Virus record (IMG/VR): IMGVR_UViG_3300035181_002389
Location: 1-54,668 of that record
Length of the DNA: 54,668 nucleotides
Reading direction: 5' to 3' (one strand)
From: a virus
Lineage: Duplodnaviria > Caudoviricetes
The notes under the pieces are model-generated. The model searched no databases. It saw only the letters and a list, made by a program, of their open reading frames with translations, and was not told the DNA's origin. Positions within the stretch are counted from its first letter, which is position 1, and every line of letters starts with the position of its first letter. A program made the translations under genes and the position numbers. Below are positions 1-9,508 of the stretch, one piece after another.

Positions 1-1313
1 AGATATTTCAGAGAAGAACTACTAACGCTACCACCATTCTTAGCAGCTTTCTTAGCAGCGTATTTAGCAACAAGTTTATCAAAAATATCTTTAGGAACCC
101 AATCCTTTGTTTTATATTCATTACCTAATATTTTCTTTATATTTTCTAAACACATAAAATATGAAGTAATATCACCATCTTCATTAAGTGGCTGGTCAAC
201 AATAAAGTTTATTAATTCTTGGAATGCTTTCTTATCACTGTAAATGTACTTAATATAATCTGGTTCAAATATTGTAATCATATACAATGGGGTGCCGCAA
301 TGCCAAGGTAACTTTGTTTTAAATAATTCTACAAGTTCCATCGGTTTAAATTGCAGAAATGCACCTTTGCATGATCTTATTATCACCGTGCAAAGATCTT
401 TTTTACCAGCTTCATAATATAATTCAATTAGATTCTTCTTAATCTTATCATCAATCTTTACGCCATGTCCGATAATATACTCTTTAACCCATTTAATTAC
501 ATCATTTACGTCATAAGTCTTGCGAACTTTTTCAAAAACATCTGCAAACGATAAATTCTTTGGGTCAATTAACTCAGTAATACCCCACTTTTTAGCTTCT
601 TTTTCAAAGATCTTGTAGAGAACAGGATATTTGTGCGCGAGCGCACTTAGATCAATCGGTTTATCCGCTGAATCCATGAACTGGGCATTTTTAAAGTGAA
701 ATTGATACTTTTTACCATCATCAGTAATCACGATGTACAGCGGATCACCTATGTAATCACGAAAACGATTATCGTTATCAGCCGCAGTGCACCAACGAGT
801 ACCTTTACCAAAACATTTACTTGCTTCTTCAGTATGTGGTATGATAACTTTCACACCACCTCCTTCATAGAACACCTCTGCCTGTTTCACCTTGAAGAGC
901 TTTTCTATGAACTCTTTATATCGTTGATTATTGGACTTCATATCGTCCGCTTTAAATGGCGTGATCGCATCATCAAGTTCAGCAGATGACGTGTATTGGT
1001 TGAGATCCTTCTTTTCAAGTTTTGAGCGAAGTTTCTCGAATTTTTCAATTGAACTCTTGATCTTGCTTGCATCTTCAAGAGAGAAATCACCCTGTAAGTA
1101 CCAATTGACAATTTTTTGAAGGTGTTTTTCAGAAATATTGTTAGCCAGATACTTCACTACCTCAGCTGCATTCTCTAATTTTGGTTTACCTGCACCTCTA
1201 TCTTTTTGATACGCATTCCATAGTTTATCACCTTGTTTATTAGTGATATACTCTACTCTGTCTTCCAACAACATAGAGTTAAATGATTCTGCAAATGAAA
1301 GTAGTTTGAACAT
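1..1313 (-). CDS. Hypothetical, probably virion-packaged protein with a GTRWCT motif; runs off the window start
   Basis: Absent from the ORF track because no stop lies in the window. Manual translation from ATG 1313: MFKLLSFAESFNSMLLEDRVEYI...VIIPHTEEASKCFGKGTRWCTAADNDNRF...KKYQFHF. N-terminal LLE resembles a prohead-protease site. Confidence 0.75.
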   Translation of the reverse strand, partial: MFKLLSFAESFNSMLLEDRVEYITNKQGDKLWNAYQKDRGAGKPKLENAAEVVKYLANNISEKHLQKIVNWYLQGDFSLEDASKIKSSIEKFEKLRSKLEKKDLNQYTSSAELDDAITPFKADDMKSNNQRYKEFIEKLFKVKQAEVFYEGGGVKVIIPHTEEASKCFGKGTRWCTAADNDNRFRDYIGDPLYIVITDDGKKYQFHFKNAQFMDSADKPIDLSALAHKYPVLYKIFEKEAKKWGITELIDPKNLSFADVFEKVRKTYDVNDVIKWVKEYIIGHGVKIDDKIKKNLIELYYEAGKKDLCTVIIRSCKGAFLQFKPMELVELFKTKLPWHCGTPLYMITIFEPDYIKYIYSDKKAFQELINFIVDQPLNEDGDITSYFMCLENIKKILGNEYKTKDWVPKDIFDKLVAKYAAKKAAKNGGSVSSSSLKY

Positions 1314-1368
1314 ATGTGTAAATCCTAAATCAATATAATACGGGTTAACTATAGTGTGCATCTCTTTC

Positions 1369-2016
1369 TTAGAGAGTGTTAATAAGTCCAGCCTTCTTCT
1401 TCAGCACGTCTAACTTTTGATCATAGCTAGCTGCCCATGATACAATGTCCTTGACCCACTTGGCAATCTTAACTGCTATACCTTTAATTGTATCAAGGAT
1501 GCCTTCATTGAGATTTTCATCAACCTTGCTCTTAATGCGTAATGCTGGTGATTTATCAGGAGCATTTGTGATCTCAGTATACATCTTGAAGATCTCATCA
1601 ACTTTAGCTTGTAGTTCATCTGGAATCAGCTTGACTAGCTCCTGTGCGATCTTCTCGTAGTTAACTACTACCTTTTTATCTTGTTCTGAGCTCTTAATAA
1701 GCTTTGAAAGAGTTAACGTAAATGAAGCAGTTTCTACTACGCGAGTAAGAACAACGTCTTCAGCATCAAAAAGATCAGTGACTTGTTCTTTGATTTGTTC
1801 ATTTAGTTCAGCACGTTTTTCGCTCATCTTCTTGATAGCTTGTTCAAGGCGTTCATAGCGACTAGCAAGCCTTGTCATAGCTGCAGAATCATTACCATGG
1901 AGCTCAACGGTAACACGATCAATTTTGTTCTTAACGATTTTTTCTTTATACGTGAGATCTGGTTTTCGAGATTCTAATAGAACATCTAGTTCTCTAATAA
2001 GTGGTGTCGTGCTCAT
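1369..2016 (-). CDS. Coiled-coil late protein, probable head internal protein
   Basis: Likely start MSTTPLIRELDVLLES at 2016; LLE and LNE motifs; TATAAATA upstream at 2184-2191. Confidence 0.65.
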   Translation of the reverse strand: MSTTPLIRELDVLLESRKPDLTYKEKIVKNKIDRVTVELHGNDSAAMTRLASRYERLEQAIKKMSEKRAELNEQIKEQVTDLFDAEDVVLTRVVETASFTLTLSKLIKSSEQDKKVVVNYEKIAQELVKLIPDELQAKVDEIFKMYTEITNAPDKSPALRIKSKVDENLNEGILDTIKGIAVKIAKWVKDIVSWAASYDQKLDVLKKKAGLINTL

Positions 2017-2183
2017 GTTATTTTTTCCTTCTGAGAATACGGACGTGACTTCTACAGAACAATTAGAAATCAGCACCTCGCGGCTATGAACTAATAGACC
2101 ATGCTATTAACTTCGTCGGCACTTCCTTTGGTTTTAAGCCCAATTTGGTTCTAAACTGGACATATTATGTAAAAGAACGAGGT

Positions 2184-2191
2184 TATTTATA
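2184..2191 (-). promoter_or_regulatory. T4-type late promoter TATAAATA
   Basis: Exact T4 late consensus on the minus strand; a divergent TAAATA at 2244-2249 (+) precedes ORF 2295. Confidence 0.55.
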
Positions 2192-2294
2192 ATAACTCAT
2201 CTACACGACTAAAGTTTGTGTATTTTCTTACTTGATTACAAAATAAATAATTAGATTATTGAAAATGTATTTTTAGATAACAATGGAGAAATAG

Positions 2295-3332
2295 ATGGTC
2301 ACATTTAAGCAATATCTTGAAGAAAACGAAGAAGAGCCTACTAACATAATCAAACCATGGTCTATCGAAAAAAGGGGAGCGAACATTAATGTTGCGATGT
2401 CATTATTAGACAAACACGCAAAAAATGGATGGTTAAAAGCCATTCAAAATGGCGGAGTAATTTATCGTGGGTTTGGCGACAAATTTAAAAAATCAAATTT
2501 CTTAATAATAGATTCCTCAACTGGAGAGAGGACATCTAAAGATTCTAATAATCTTTACCAGTTGATGCTTTCAACATCAACTGAAATGAAAGAATATGCA
2601 GATAGAAGTAAATCATTTATTTGTTCTACAAAAGTAGAAACTGCTGGACACTATGGTTATCCTGCTTACGTAATGGTACCGTTTGATGATACTATTCTTA
2701 CAGTATCAGAAGTATCAGATTTTTTCAAACAAATAATCGTATCTCCTATTTTTACAGGTAAAGTGAATCAGATGAATGAAATTTCTGCTTTTCTTACTTC
2801 TGTAGGTGTGAAAAAATCAAATAATAACAAATTCATGAATGCTGCTGAAATTGATAATCAATTAGAAAAACTGCCCCCTGAAAAGCTCATGTTTCTTTGG
2901 GATGTTTTTATTACACAAAAATCTTTAAAATTTACAAATGAAAAGTTTCAGAAAATCTATGATAAAATTGAACTCATAGACTTTCTAGTCTTACCTAAAA
3001 AAACAGAAAGAATTAAAGAAATAAAAATGCTTGAATCAGAAATAAATGCAGGCAGATTTACAATTTCGTCTGAAAGTTTAAAACGTGTTTATGAATTATT
3101 TAAATCAGAAAAAAATAAGCGATTTACTGCATTGGCTTCTGAGATAATGACTCCAGAATCTACTAAACTTTCTCTTGTAAAATATGGAGATCCTCTCAAG
3201 AAAAATGTTGAATGTTGGTTTTCTGGAAAATCAATAATTATTTCATTATCGTTGTTTAAAAAAATTCTTTTAAAACTTGAAGAACAAGGATTTCCAATTC
3301 ATGATTCTTTAAGAATATTTACTATCAAGTAA
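2295..3332 (+). CDS. Putative virion-packaged ADP-ribosyltransferase-fold protein
   Basis: N-terminus MVTFKQYLEE resembles the T4 capsid-targeting sequence; IYRG, ICST and NVECWF fit an R-S-E ART triad; GGAG RBS. Confidence 0.55.
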   Translation: MVTFKQYLEENEEEPTNIIKPWSIEKRGANINVAMSLLDKHAKNGWLKAIQNGGVIYRGFGDKFKKSNFLIIDSSTGERTSKDSNNLYQLMLSTSTEMKEYADRSKSFICSTKVETAGHYGYPAYVMVPFDDTILTVSEVSDFFKQIIVSPIFTGKVNQMNEISAFLTSVGVKKSNNNKFMNAAEIDNQLEKLPPEKLMFLWDVFITQKSLKFTNEKFQKIYDKIELIDFLVLPKKTERIKEIKMLESEINAGRFTISSESLKRVYELFKSEKNKRFTALASEIMTPESTKLSLVKYGDPLKKNVECWFSGKSIIISLSLFKKILLKLEEQGFPIHDSLRIFTIK

Positions 3333-3410
3333 AACTAATACATGAAGATAATATAGCGCGTATTTTCCGAACTCATAGATCCGGCTAAAAGCTAACTTGC
3401 CAGTGCCTCT

Positions 3411-3851
3411 TTAGGTTTTAAGTCCGACTTGAACATTGTTATTCTTCGTTTTGTAGAGTGAGATCACTTCCATACCATACTTGTCTTCACGGTATTCCTT
3501 AAAGCCTTTTAGTTTCAAGTATTGAAAAAGATTAGGATTGATGACATCGTGAAACATGATGCTCACCCCTAAAGACTCAAAATCCTTCAAAAATTTTGAG
3601 AAATAACCTTTACCTCTAAATTCTGGTTTTAACTTAATATCTCTTACTGCTAGAAAAGTTCTTTGTTTTCCATCTATTTCTCTGTTTAGGTGAATAACAA
3701 GCAAACTTTCTAGAATAGACTCATCTTCTTTCTTTCCCATATACAAAGATAGTTCACTAATGTTGATGTCATCTTTGAGATTGACAATCAATTCATCAAG
3801 TGTTTTTACGAAAGTTCTTGACATATGTTTTAAAAATCGTGCAATGATCAA
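3411..3851 (-). CDS. GNAT-like acetyltransferase
   Basis: IKLKPEFRGKGYFSKFL acetyl-CoA-binding motif A and C-terminal YLKLKGF; alternative start at 3824. Confidence 0.5.
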   Translation of the reverse strand: MIIARFLKHMSRTFVKTLDELIVNLKDDINISELSLYMGKKEDESILESLLVIHLNREIDGKQRTFLAVRDIKLKPEFRGKGYFSKFLKDFESLGVSIMFHDVINPNLFQYLKLKGFKEYREDKYGMEVISLYKTKNNNVQVGLKT

Positions 3852-4024
3852 TCAACGATGCTTTCGATAAACTCGTCGACAAGGTACAAGCTTTCCATTG
3901 TGCGTGTGAGAACATCACTATTGGTAATAATGCGTTCACCTTTAGCACGCTCAAAAATAAATTCAGCATACTCTTTTTCGAGCAAGTAATTGTCAAATTT
4001 GTTAAGTGCTTCTTCACAAGTCAT
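3848..4024 (-). CDS. Small hypothetical protein
   Basis: ATG at 4024 with GGAG RBS; stop overlaps the next start. Confidence 0.55.
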   Translation of the reverse strand: MTCEEALNKFDNYLLEKEYAEFIFERAKGERIITNSDVLTRTMESLYLVDEFIESIVD

Positions 4025-4491
4025 GATAATCTCCTTGTCATCAAATTTAATTACAACGTATAACAAATATTAAACACTACTAAGCATTTGTCATTTGAAA
4101 TTATACGTGTTACTTTCATGCTTGAACAATAAGGAACACAAAAGCTGCAAACAAAAGTGTCAAAACATAACCAACGATGAATTTTTGGGCAGGTTTCATG
4201 ATATTTCCTTTCAGTGCTTCCACTTTTGTTTGTTGATATTATACAACAAAGGCATTATCTTATACTAAACAAAATTACGCGCACATACCTACTCTAAATA
4301 ATCAAGGCTATGAGACCTACCAAGAAAATAGAAATAACCATGATAAGCCAAAGGCAAATTTTGATAGATGCTATGAAAACTAGAAAGATGCCAATGATTA
4401 CATTGGCAAAATATGAAATGACTTTCATGATGTCATTCCTTACATTGTTTTCAGTTATTGGTTAATTTATTATAGACAATCTGAAAAATAT

Positions 4492-4551
4492 AAACAATTC
4501 AACAACGTGTTGAATTGTTTTGACAGCCTTAGCTGGGGGCATTAGTGCCCC
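4492..4551 (-). terminator. Two hairpins downstream of clpP
   Basis: AAACAATTCAACA/TGTTGAATTGTTT 13-bp stem at 4492-4520 and GGGGCA-TTAG-TGCCCC at 4536-4551. Confidence 0.5.
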
Positions 4552-4588
4552 TGACTTCACTATCAAGATACAGTTTTATGTACTCATG

Positions 4589-5200
4589 TTAAACACCTAG
4601 AATCTTGTCGATGACGCCATTAGCGAGGGCTTCGTCAGCATCCATATACCAGTCCGTTTTCGTCTTGTAATTCTCTTCCAACTTCGCTAGACTGATCTTT
4701 GTGCGCTTCACGACCATCTCCATGATTCGTTTCTGCAGCCGCTGCACCTCAGCAATTTCTTCTTCCATATCTTTTAGCTTACCCCATACCATGCTGCCGA
4801 CTTGATGGAACATCAACGTCGAGTTTCGCATCGCGAAGCGCTTGTGACCGTGAATCGCCATCATGAATCCGCACGACATGGCCGTGCCAGTGACGATGGT
4901 GTGAATCGGTGTCTTTGAGTTGTCTATAATGGAAAGAAGACCGAAGCACTGATATACAGACCCGCCGTAGCTGTCGATGTAGATTTTGATCGGTGCAGGT
5001 TTGTAGCTCAAGCCGTATACAGGATACAACTTGCTTAGATATTCGTCATTCTTGTTGATTGTGACGATAGATTGCGAAAGCTCTGCAATGCTAGATTGGT
5101 CAACTTGCTTATTGAAAAACAAATCGCGCACCTTCGGTACAGGCAGCATGATATCATCTGGCGAAATATGGTGTTCTCCGTGTTCTACATTTTCAGACAT
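4589..5200 (-). CDS. clpP: ClpP-like serine protease proteolytic subunit
   Basis: IYIDSYGGSV, GTAMSCG (Ser), MFHQ (His), DWYMDADEALANGVIDKI (Asp). Confidence 0.9.
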   Translation of the reverse strand: MSENVEHGEHHISPDDIMLPVPKVRDLFFNKQVDQSSIAELSQSIVTINKNDEYLSKLYPVYGLSYKPAPIKIYIDSYGGSVYQCFGLLSIIDNSKTPIHTIVTGTAMSCGFMMAIHGHKRFAMRNSTLMFHQVGSMVWGKLKDMEEEIAEVQRLQKRIMEMVVKRTKISLAKLEENYKTKTDWYMDADEALANGVIDKILGV

Positions 5201-5231
5201 TTAATATAATCTCCTTTACAAATTAAAACCT

Positions 5232-5948
5232 TTAATCATAATATTCGATGATTACAGTCGTGATAGGTTCAGCTTCGTTCACAATGCGAATGAATTCCAT
5301 TTTTTGTTTTTCGCGGATTGCGGCTAATTTTTCATTTATGTTAATGTTCGAATCTTTTAGTGCAATTGCTTCCATAAATGCAGCTTGAACTGCGACATTT
5401 TTAATTTGATAGCAGATGCCTTTGCAGACCGTTGCCCATGCAATCTGCTTACACAAAACACAATGTCTATCATTCAATATTGCATTCCAAATGTTTTTCT
5501 CTACAAACGTTAGTAACTCTTCTTCAGACACTTTACCTTTCTGACAATTGCTATATGCGTCAAGAGCACTAGTTATAGCTTTCCAAGATGTATAATCCTT
5601 TGACACATTACGAAGAATGTCTTCCTCAGCTTTAGAAAGATCGGCATCTGATGCTTCGCCGTTCAAATAACGTTCTGCAACACTGATCGCCTCAATGCAA
5701 TGTGGATCCTTAATCAGGTGCTGAATTTGGCGAGCGCACCAAACAACAAACTGTCGCCACACACGTTCATACTTTGGTTCAACTCGACAGCACCATAGCG
5801 CGTCGCTCAATCCATGAACCTCAGCAATTTCAGCATAAGATATTGGTTTATCATTTTCTCTAATGCTATCCAAGCGAATAAGAAGACTCTTCAAAGCATC
5901 ATTGATTGGAAGCATTGAGTAAATGCTACTCATTGTGGTTGTAATCAT
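5232..5948 (-). CDS. Phage protein with an Imm5-like helical domain
   Basis: DALWCCR...WCARQIQHLIKDP...VAERYLNGEAS is a recurrent phage motif. Confidence 0.55.
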   Translation of the reverse strand: MITTTMSSIYSMLPINDALKSLLIRLDSIRENDKPISYAEIAEVHGLSDALWCCRVEPKYERVWRQFVVWCARQIQHLIKDPHCIEAISVAERYLNGEASDADLSKAEEDILRNVSKDYTSWKAITSALDAYSNCQKGKVSEEELLTFVEKNIWNAILNDRHCVLCKQIAWATVCKGICYQIKNVAVQAAFMEAIALKDSNININEKLAAIREKQKMEFIRIVNEAEPITTVIIEYYD

Positions 5949-5957
5949 TTATATCCT

Positions 5958-6119
5958 TTAATCTGTTGCATTTTTGAAGATATCACATACCATAATAGTA
6001 AGCCCAATAAAACAAAGCACGCCTGCCTCAGCATTTGATACTGAAGGGAAAAAATCTGAAATGACGACTGAAAACATAGCAATAATGTACCCAACAGCAA
6101 ATGTAAATAAACCCTTCAT
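5958..6119 (-). CDS. 53-aa two-TM membrane peptide, copy 1
   Basis: Manual translation MKGLFTFAVGYIIAMFSVVISDFFPSVSNAEAGVLCFIGLTIMVCDIFKNATD; aligns without gaps to 8994-9155 and 22106-22267. Confidence 0.7.
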   Translation of the reverse strand: MKGLFTFAVGYIIAMFSVVISDFFPSVSNAEAGVLCFIGLTIMVCDIFKNATD

Positions 6120-6238
6120 CCTAATTTCCTTTCTTGGTCATGTTCTTGTTAAACATGAGATCATATTTGTCATTTTCATGTGGAATCTTGATTCCCTCAG
6201 ACTGTGTCATTACTTAATTTGTACGAAACAATCATGTT

Positions 6239-6838
6239 TCAATTGCGTTCTGTTTTTTTGCTTTGAATCGCAATATCTACTGATTTTCTAACATATAAAT
6301 CCTCATCATTGGCAAGAATATCAAGACCATAACCTTGCTTGGCTACCGCTCCTCGAACAAATGGTGATGGATCATTTACCAGCTTTTCAAGGCCATAGCC
6401 TTTCTCAGCTACAGCTAAGCGGACTATGTTTTCTGGATCATTCACGAGAATATCAAGACCGTATCCTTGGTGAGCAACTATACATCGCACAATAGGATCA
6501 GGATCATTAACCAATTTTTCTAAACCGTAACCTTTAGTGGCAACTGTAGCGCGAATTTTATATTTAGGATCCGAAACCAAAATATCGAGAGCATGGCCCA
6601 TCATAGCTAAGGAAAGACGAATATAGTAATTTCCTCTTCGAGCTTTCTTAATGATTTCCTCTTTAGTTGTCTCATCGTTGAACATAACAAAGGTGATTAA
6701 ACTATACTCATCGATGGTAAGTTTTCCATCATTAATGAGACCAATGAGATCTTCATAATGGTATATTCGTTCGTCTATAATGGCGACTTGGTCAATTACA
6801 ACGACCTTATTCCCGTTACGAAGTGTGAAAAATTGCAT
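6239..6838 (-). CDS. HEAT/LRV-type 22-aa repeat protein (5 repeats)
   Basis: GYGLxxLVNDxxxxVRxxVAxx repeats after a ~65-aa N-terminal domain. Confidence 0.85.
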   Translation of the reverse strand: MQFFTLRNGNKVVVIDQVAIIDERIYHYEDLIGLINDGKLTIDEYSLITFVMFNDETTKEEIIKKARRGNYYIRLSLAMMGHALDILVSDPKYKIRATVATKGYGLEKLVNDPDPIVRCIVAHQGYGLDILVNDPENIVRLAVAEKGYGLEKLVNDPSPFVRGAVAKQGYGLDILANDEDLYVRKSVDIAIQSKKTERN

Positions 6839-6867
6839 TTTAGATTTCTATTTTTGATTGAAGAGAA

Positions 6868-7476
6868 TCACCACAAGATAGAAGGTGTATTTTTTCGTTC
6901 TGACAACACTTTCTTTGCAGTTTCTCGAACAAAAAAATCTTCATCGTTGATGAGACTATCCAGTCCGTAGCCTTTTTCAGCGACAGCGCGTCGAACATTT
7001 GGTGAAGGATCATTCACCAGCTTTTCAAGACCATATCCTTGCTCAGCGACAACTTCGCGGACAATATGATTCGTGTCATTCACGAGGATATCGAGACCAT
7101 ATCTGTTACTAGCGACCCTCGAGCGCACAACTGGATTCGGATCGTTTACTAATTTTTCGAGATGGTCTCCAATGTGTGCAACTTCAGCTCGAACCGTAGG
7201 ATCAGGGTCCGAAACTAAAATATCGGTTGCAAACCCTAGGCTGGCTAATACGAAACGAACATCAGGGTCTTCACTTCGAGCATGTTCTTCGATAGTCTCA
7301 TCCAATTCAGGCATGCCCGAAAATGCGGACATAATCTCATCATATTCTTCATTAGTCAGATATTTACTTTTTACCAGATCATAGACATCTTCATGATAAT
7401 AAAATGTGCCATTAATGACAATGTCATAGTAGACGATTATAACTTTCTTACCTTTGCTGGTGAAGAAAACATTCAT
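6868..7476 (-). CDS. HEAT/LRV-type 22-aa repeat protein (5 repeats)
   Basis: Same architecture; tandem paralog of 6239-6838. Confidence 0.85.
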   Translation of the reverse strand: MNVFFTSKGKKVIIVYYDIVINGTFYYHEDVYDLVKSKYLTNEEYDEIMSAFSGMPELDETIEEHARSEDPDVRFVLASLGFATDILVSDPDPTVRAEVAHIGDHLEKLVNDPNPVVRSRVASNRYGLDILVNDTNHIVREVVAEQGYGLEKLVNDPSPNVRRAVAEKGYGLDSLINDEDFFVRETAKKVLSERKNTPSILW

Positions 7477-7487
7477 TTTAATGCTCC

Positions 7488-7691
7488 TTAATTGCAGGGA
7501 TTAATCGCCCTGAGAACTTGTAGAGCCTTGACAATCTGTTCAGAGCGATCAAGAGACAGTCCAGTATCTTTGGCGACTTCGGACGCAGAGAAGTAACGAC
7601 CATCAATCAAATCTTGAGCAGCCTTGATTGCATCAGCAAGCAAATTCATTTGCGTTTGGGTTTTAGTCATTTCAGTAAGCTTCATGATCAT
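7488..7691 (-). CDS. Small hypothetical protein, possible HTH
   Basis: SASEVAKDTGLSLDRSEQIV resembles a helix-turn-helix. Confidence 0.45.
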   Translation of the reverse strand: MIMKLTEMTKTQTQMNLLADAIKAAQDLIDGRYFSASEVAKDTGLSLDRSEQIVKALQVLRAINPCN

Positions 7692-7920
7692 TCCTTTCTA
7701 CATCTTTCATCAATTTCTTGATATCTTCGTATACAACTTCCCAACCAATATCAGAACGTTTATCCAGGAAATCCCAAATTCCAAATGCTTGATGGGCATT
7801 TGGATCACAAACGCCCCAATTATTGCAGTAGACGGCTCCATTTTCATGGATAAAACATTCAAGTTCAATTGGCACCGTTTCGCCCGTATCCTTGAAAAAG
7901 CTTCTTATTATAATCTTCAC
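7672..7920 (-). CDS. Hypothetical protein
   Basis: ORF in the minus-strand operon, overlapping the next gene. Confidence 0.5.
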   Translation of the reverse strand: MKIIIRSFFKDTGETVPIELECFIHENGAVYCNNWGVCDPNAHQAFGIWDFLDKRSDIGWEVVYEDIKKLMKDVERNDHEAY

Positions 7921-7980
7921 CAGTCATCATCAATCCTTTTTCTAAATGCTCGAGAATATCAATTTAGTGCCAGGAAATAA

Positions 7981-8286
7981 TCACTCTGTTGCAGTTGACT
8001 CTTCTTTCGACCGTTTCACCTGATCATGCAGAATTGACAGAATGAAATTGCTAACAATTTTCTCGATATTTTCGTGTGTTGCCTTTGGCGATTGGTCACT
8101 ATTGATGATATCAAAGCTGTAATGAAGTAGACCCTCAACCTTGTCATCAAGCTGCATATCAGCGATTGTAAACATCACTCCTGCCCATTCACCCTCTTCA
8201 ATTCTAAACGTAATAGGATTGTCGCTTTTGACCACCGTAATGTCGGGCACGGTGATCGTATCATTTCCACTTTGGAATGTTTTCAT
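7981..8286 (-). CDS. Hypothetical protein
   Basis: ATG with AAGGA RBS. Confidence 0.6.
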   Translation of the reverse strand: MKTFQSGNDTITVPDITVVKSDNPITFRIEEGEWAGVMFTIADMQLDDKVEGLLHYSFDIINSDQSPKATHENIEKIVSNFILSILHDQVKRSKEESTATE

Positions 8287-8326
8287 TTTATTTCCTTCAT
8301 GTTAAACCAAAAAACACTTCAACATC

Positions 8327-8833
8327 TCAAGTGTCCAAGTATGTTAAGAGATGGATTTCAGCACCAGGATAAAGCATCTCGATCTGTTTGTAGAGCGCTT
8401 TACCTTGTACCGTCAAATCATCAAACGTGCACTTCCAATACTCATAACCACTGGTTTTAGCTCCAGACCATCCAGTAGTGCCAAGCACGATTGCAGCCAA
8501 GTAATCACGAGAAGTATACTTATCGATACTCGAGCTTTCAATATCGTCTTCAAAAAGATGAGGATAATGATTTGAGATCCACCCTTTATCTTCATCTTCA
8601 AGGCTGTTTGTGCAAGAAGTTTTAACGTTTGTTGGCTTGTCATCACCAACAAGAACTTCACTACCAATGTCGTAAACTTGTGCACCACAACACATAACGA
8701 ACTTGTCGTAGAACTCTTCATTACCATAAACGACAAGCTTCACAACCATACCACCTTCATTAGTACTGGTCCATGTCGGATCATTCACTGGAAAGTTTAC
8801 CCAGCCAGAAACAGCATTCGTTCGTCGTTGCAT
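8327..8833 (-). CDS. Hypothetical protein
   Basis: GAGG RBS; first gene after the promoter at 8910. Confidence 0.65.
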   Translation of the reverse strand: MQRRTNAVSGWVNFPVNDPTWTSTNEGGMVVKLVVYGNEEFYDKFVMCCGAQVYDIGSEVLVGDDKPTNVKTSCTNSLEDEDKGWISNHYPHLFEDDIESSSIDKYTSRDYLAAIVLGTTGWSGAKTSGYEYWKCTFDDLTVQGKALYKQIEMLYPGAEIHLLTYLDT

Positions 8834-8909
8834 TTCATTACCTCGTTTTTTTGAGTTTGATAACTACAAGAGTCAGAATAAACGATTATCTACTCCAATC
8901 AACAATTGA

Positions 8910-8962
8910 ATTATATCACAGTTCTGACATCTATATGCTGTTGAAGTGTAACTCTGTGTAAC
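8910..8962 (-). promoter_or_regulatory. Early promoter with extended -10 (TGaTATAAT) and tandem GTTACAC boxes
   Basis: TATAAT at 8910-8915; GTTACAC at 8946-8952 and 8956-8962. Confidence 0.6.
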
Positions 8963-8993
8963 TGGCCAAGGATTTACTTGGTCAGTTAAAACT

Positions 8994-9155
8994 CTACGCT
9001 TTCAAAACGTCATAAAATCCAGATGCCATGATAAGAAATCCGATGATACCAACAATCCCCAAGATGATAACAGACACTGAAGGAACAGTATCAATTATGC
9101 CAACGGCTTCACCAGTCATCATAAAACCAATAAGAATTCGAATTGAACCTTTCAT
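8994..9155 (-). CDS. 53-aa two-TM membrane peptide, copy 2
   Basis: MKGSIRILIGFMMTGEAVGIIDTVPSVSVIILGIVGIIGFLIMASGFYDVLKA; GAGG RBS; followed by a 12-bp hairpin at 8959-8988. Confidence 0.7.
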   Translation of the reverse strand: MKGSIRILIGFMMTGEAVGIIDTVPSVSVIILGIVGIIGFLIMASGFYDVLKA

Positions 9156-9508
9156 AGCTAGCTACCTCAAATCAATTGTCAACTTGAATATTTTAATACA
9201 ACGATGCGATAAAAATAATATGTAGTCAGGAATGTCGTAAGTCTATAAATATTTTGCTCGTGTTTCGATGATCACAATATTTTAAAATATTTGAGTATAT
9301 TGTTGAATTATATCACAAATCAACTGCATCTTCTTCTCCAAAGACAACAACTTTATCAGTAAAACTAATGCATGTGCAATTAACGTTATCAACCCACGTG
9401 TTGAGTGTTAGGAATATGCCATCGCTGTGTACTACCATGTTTTTGCTAGAACTACAACACGCATTTACAGTGCAACATCAAGAATTGTAATTTCGGGAAA
9501 AGCTACTA

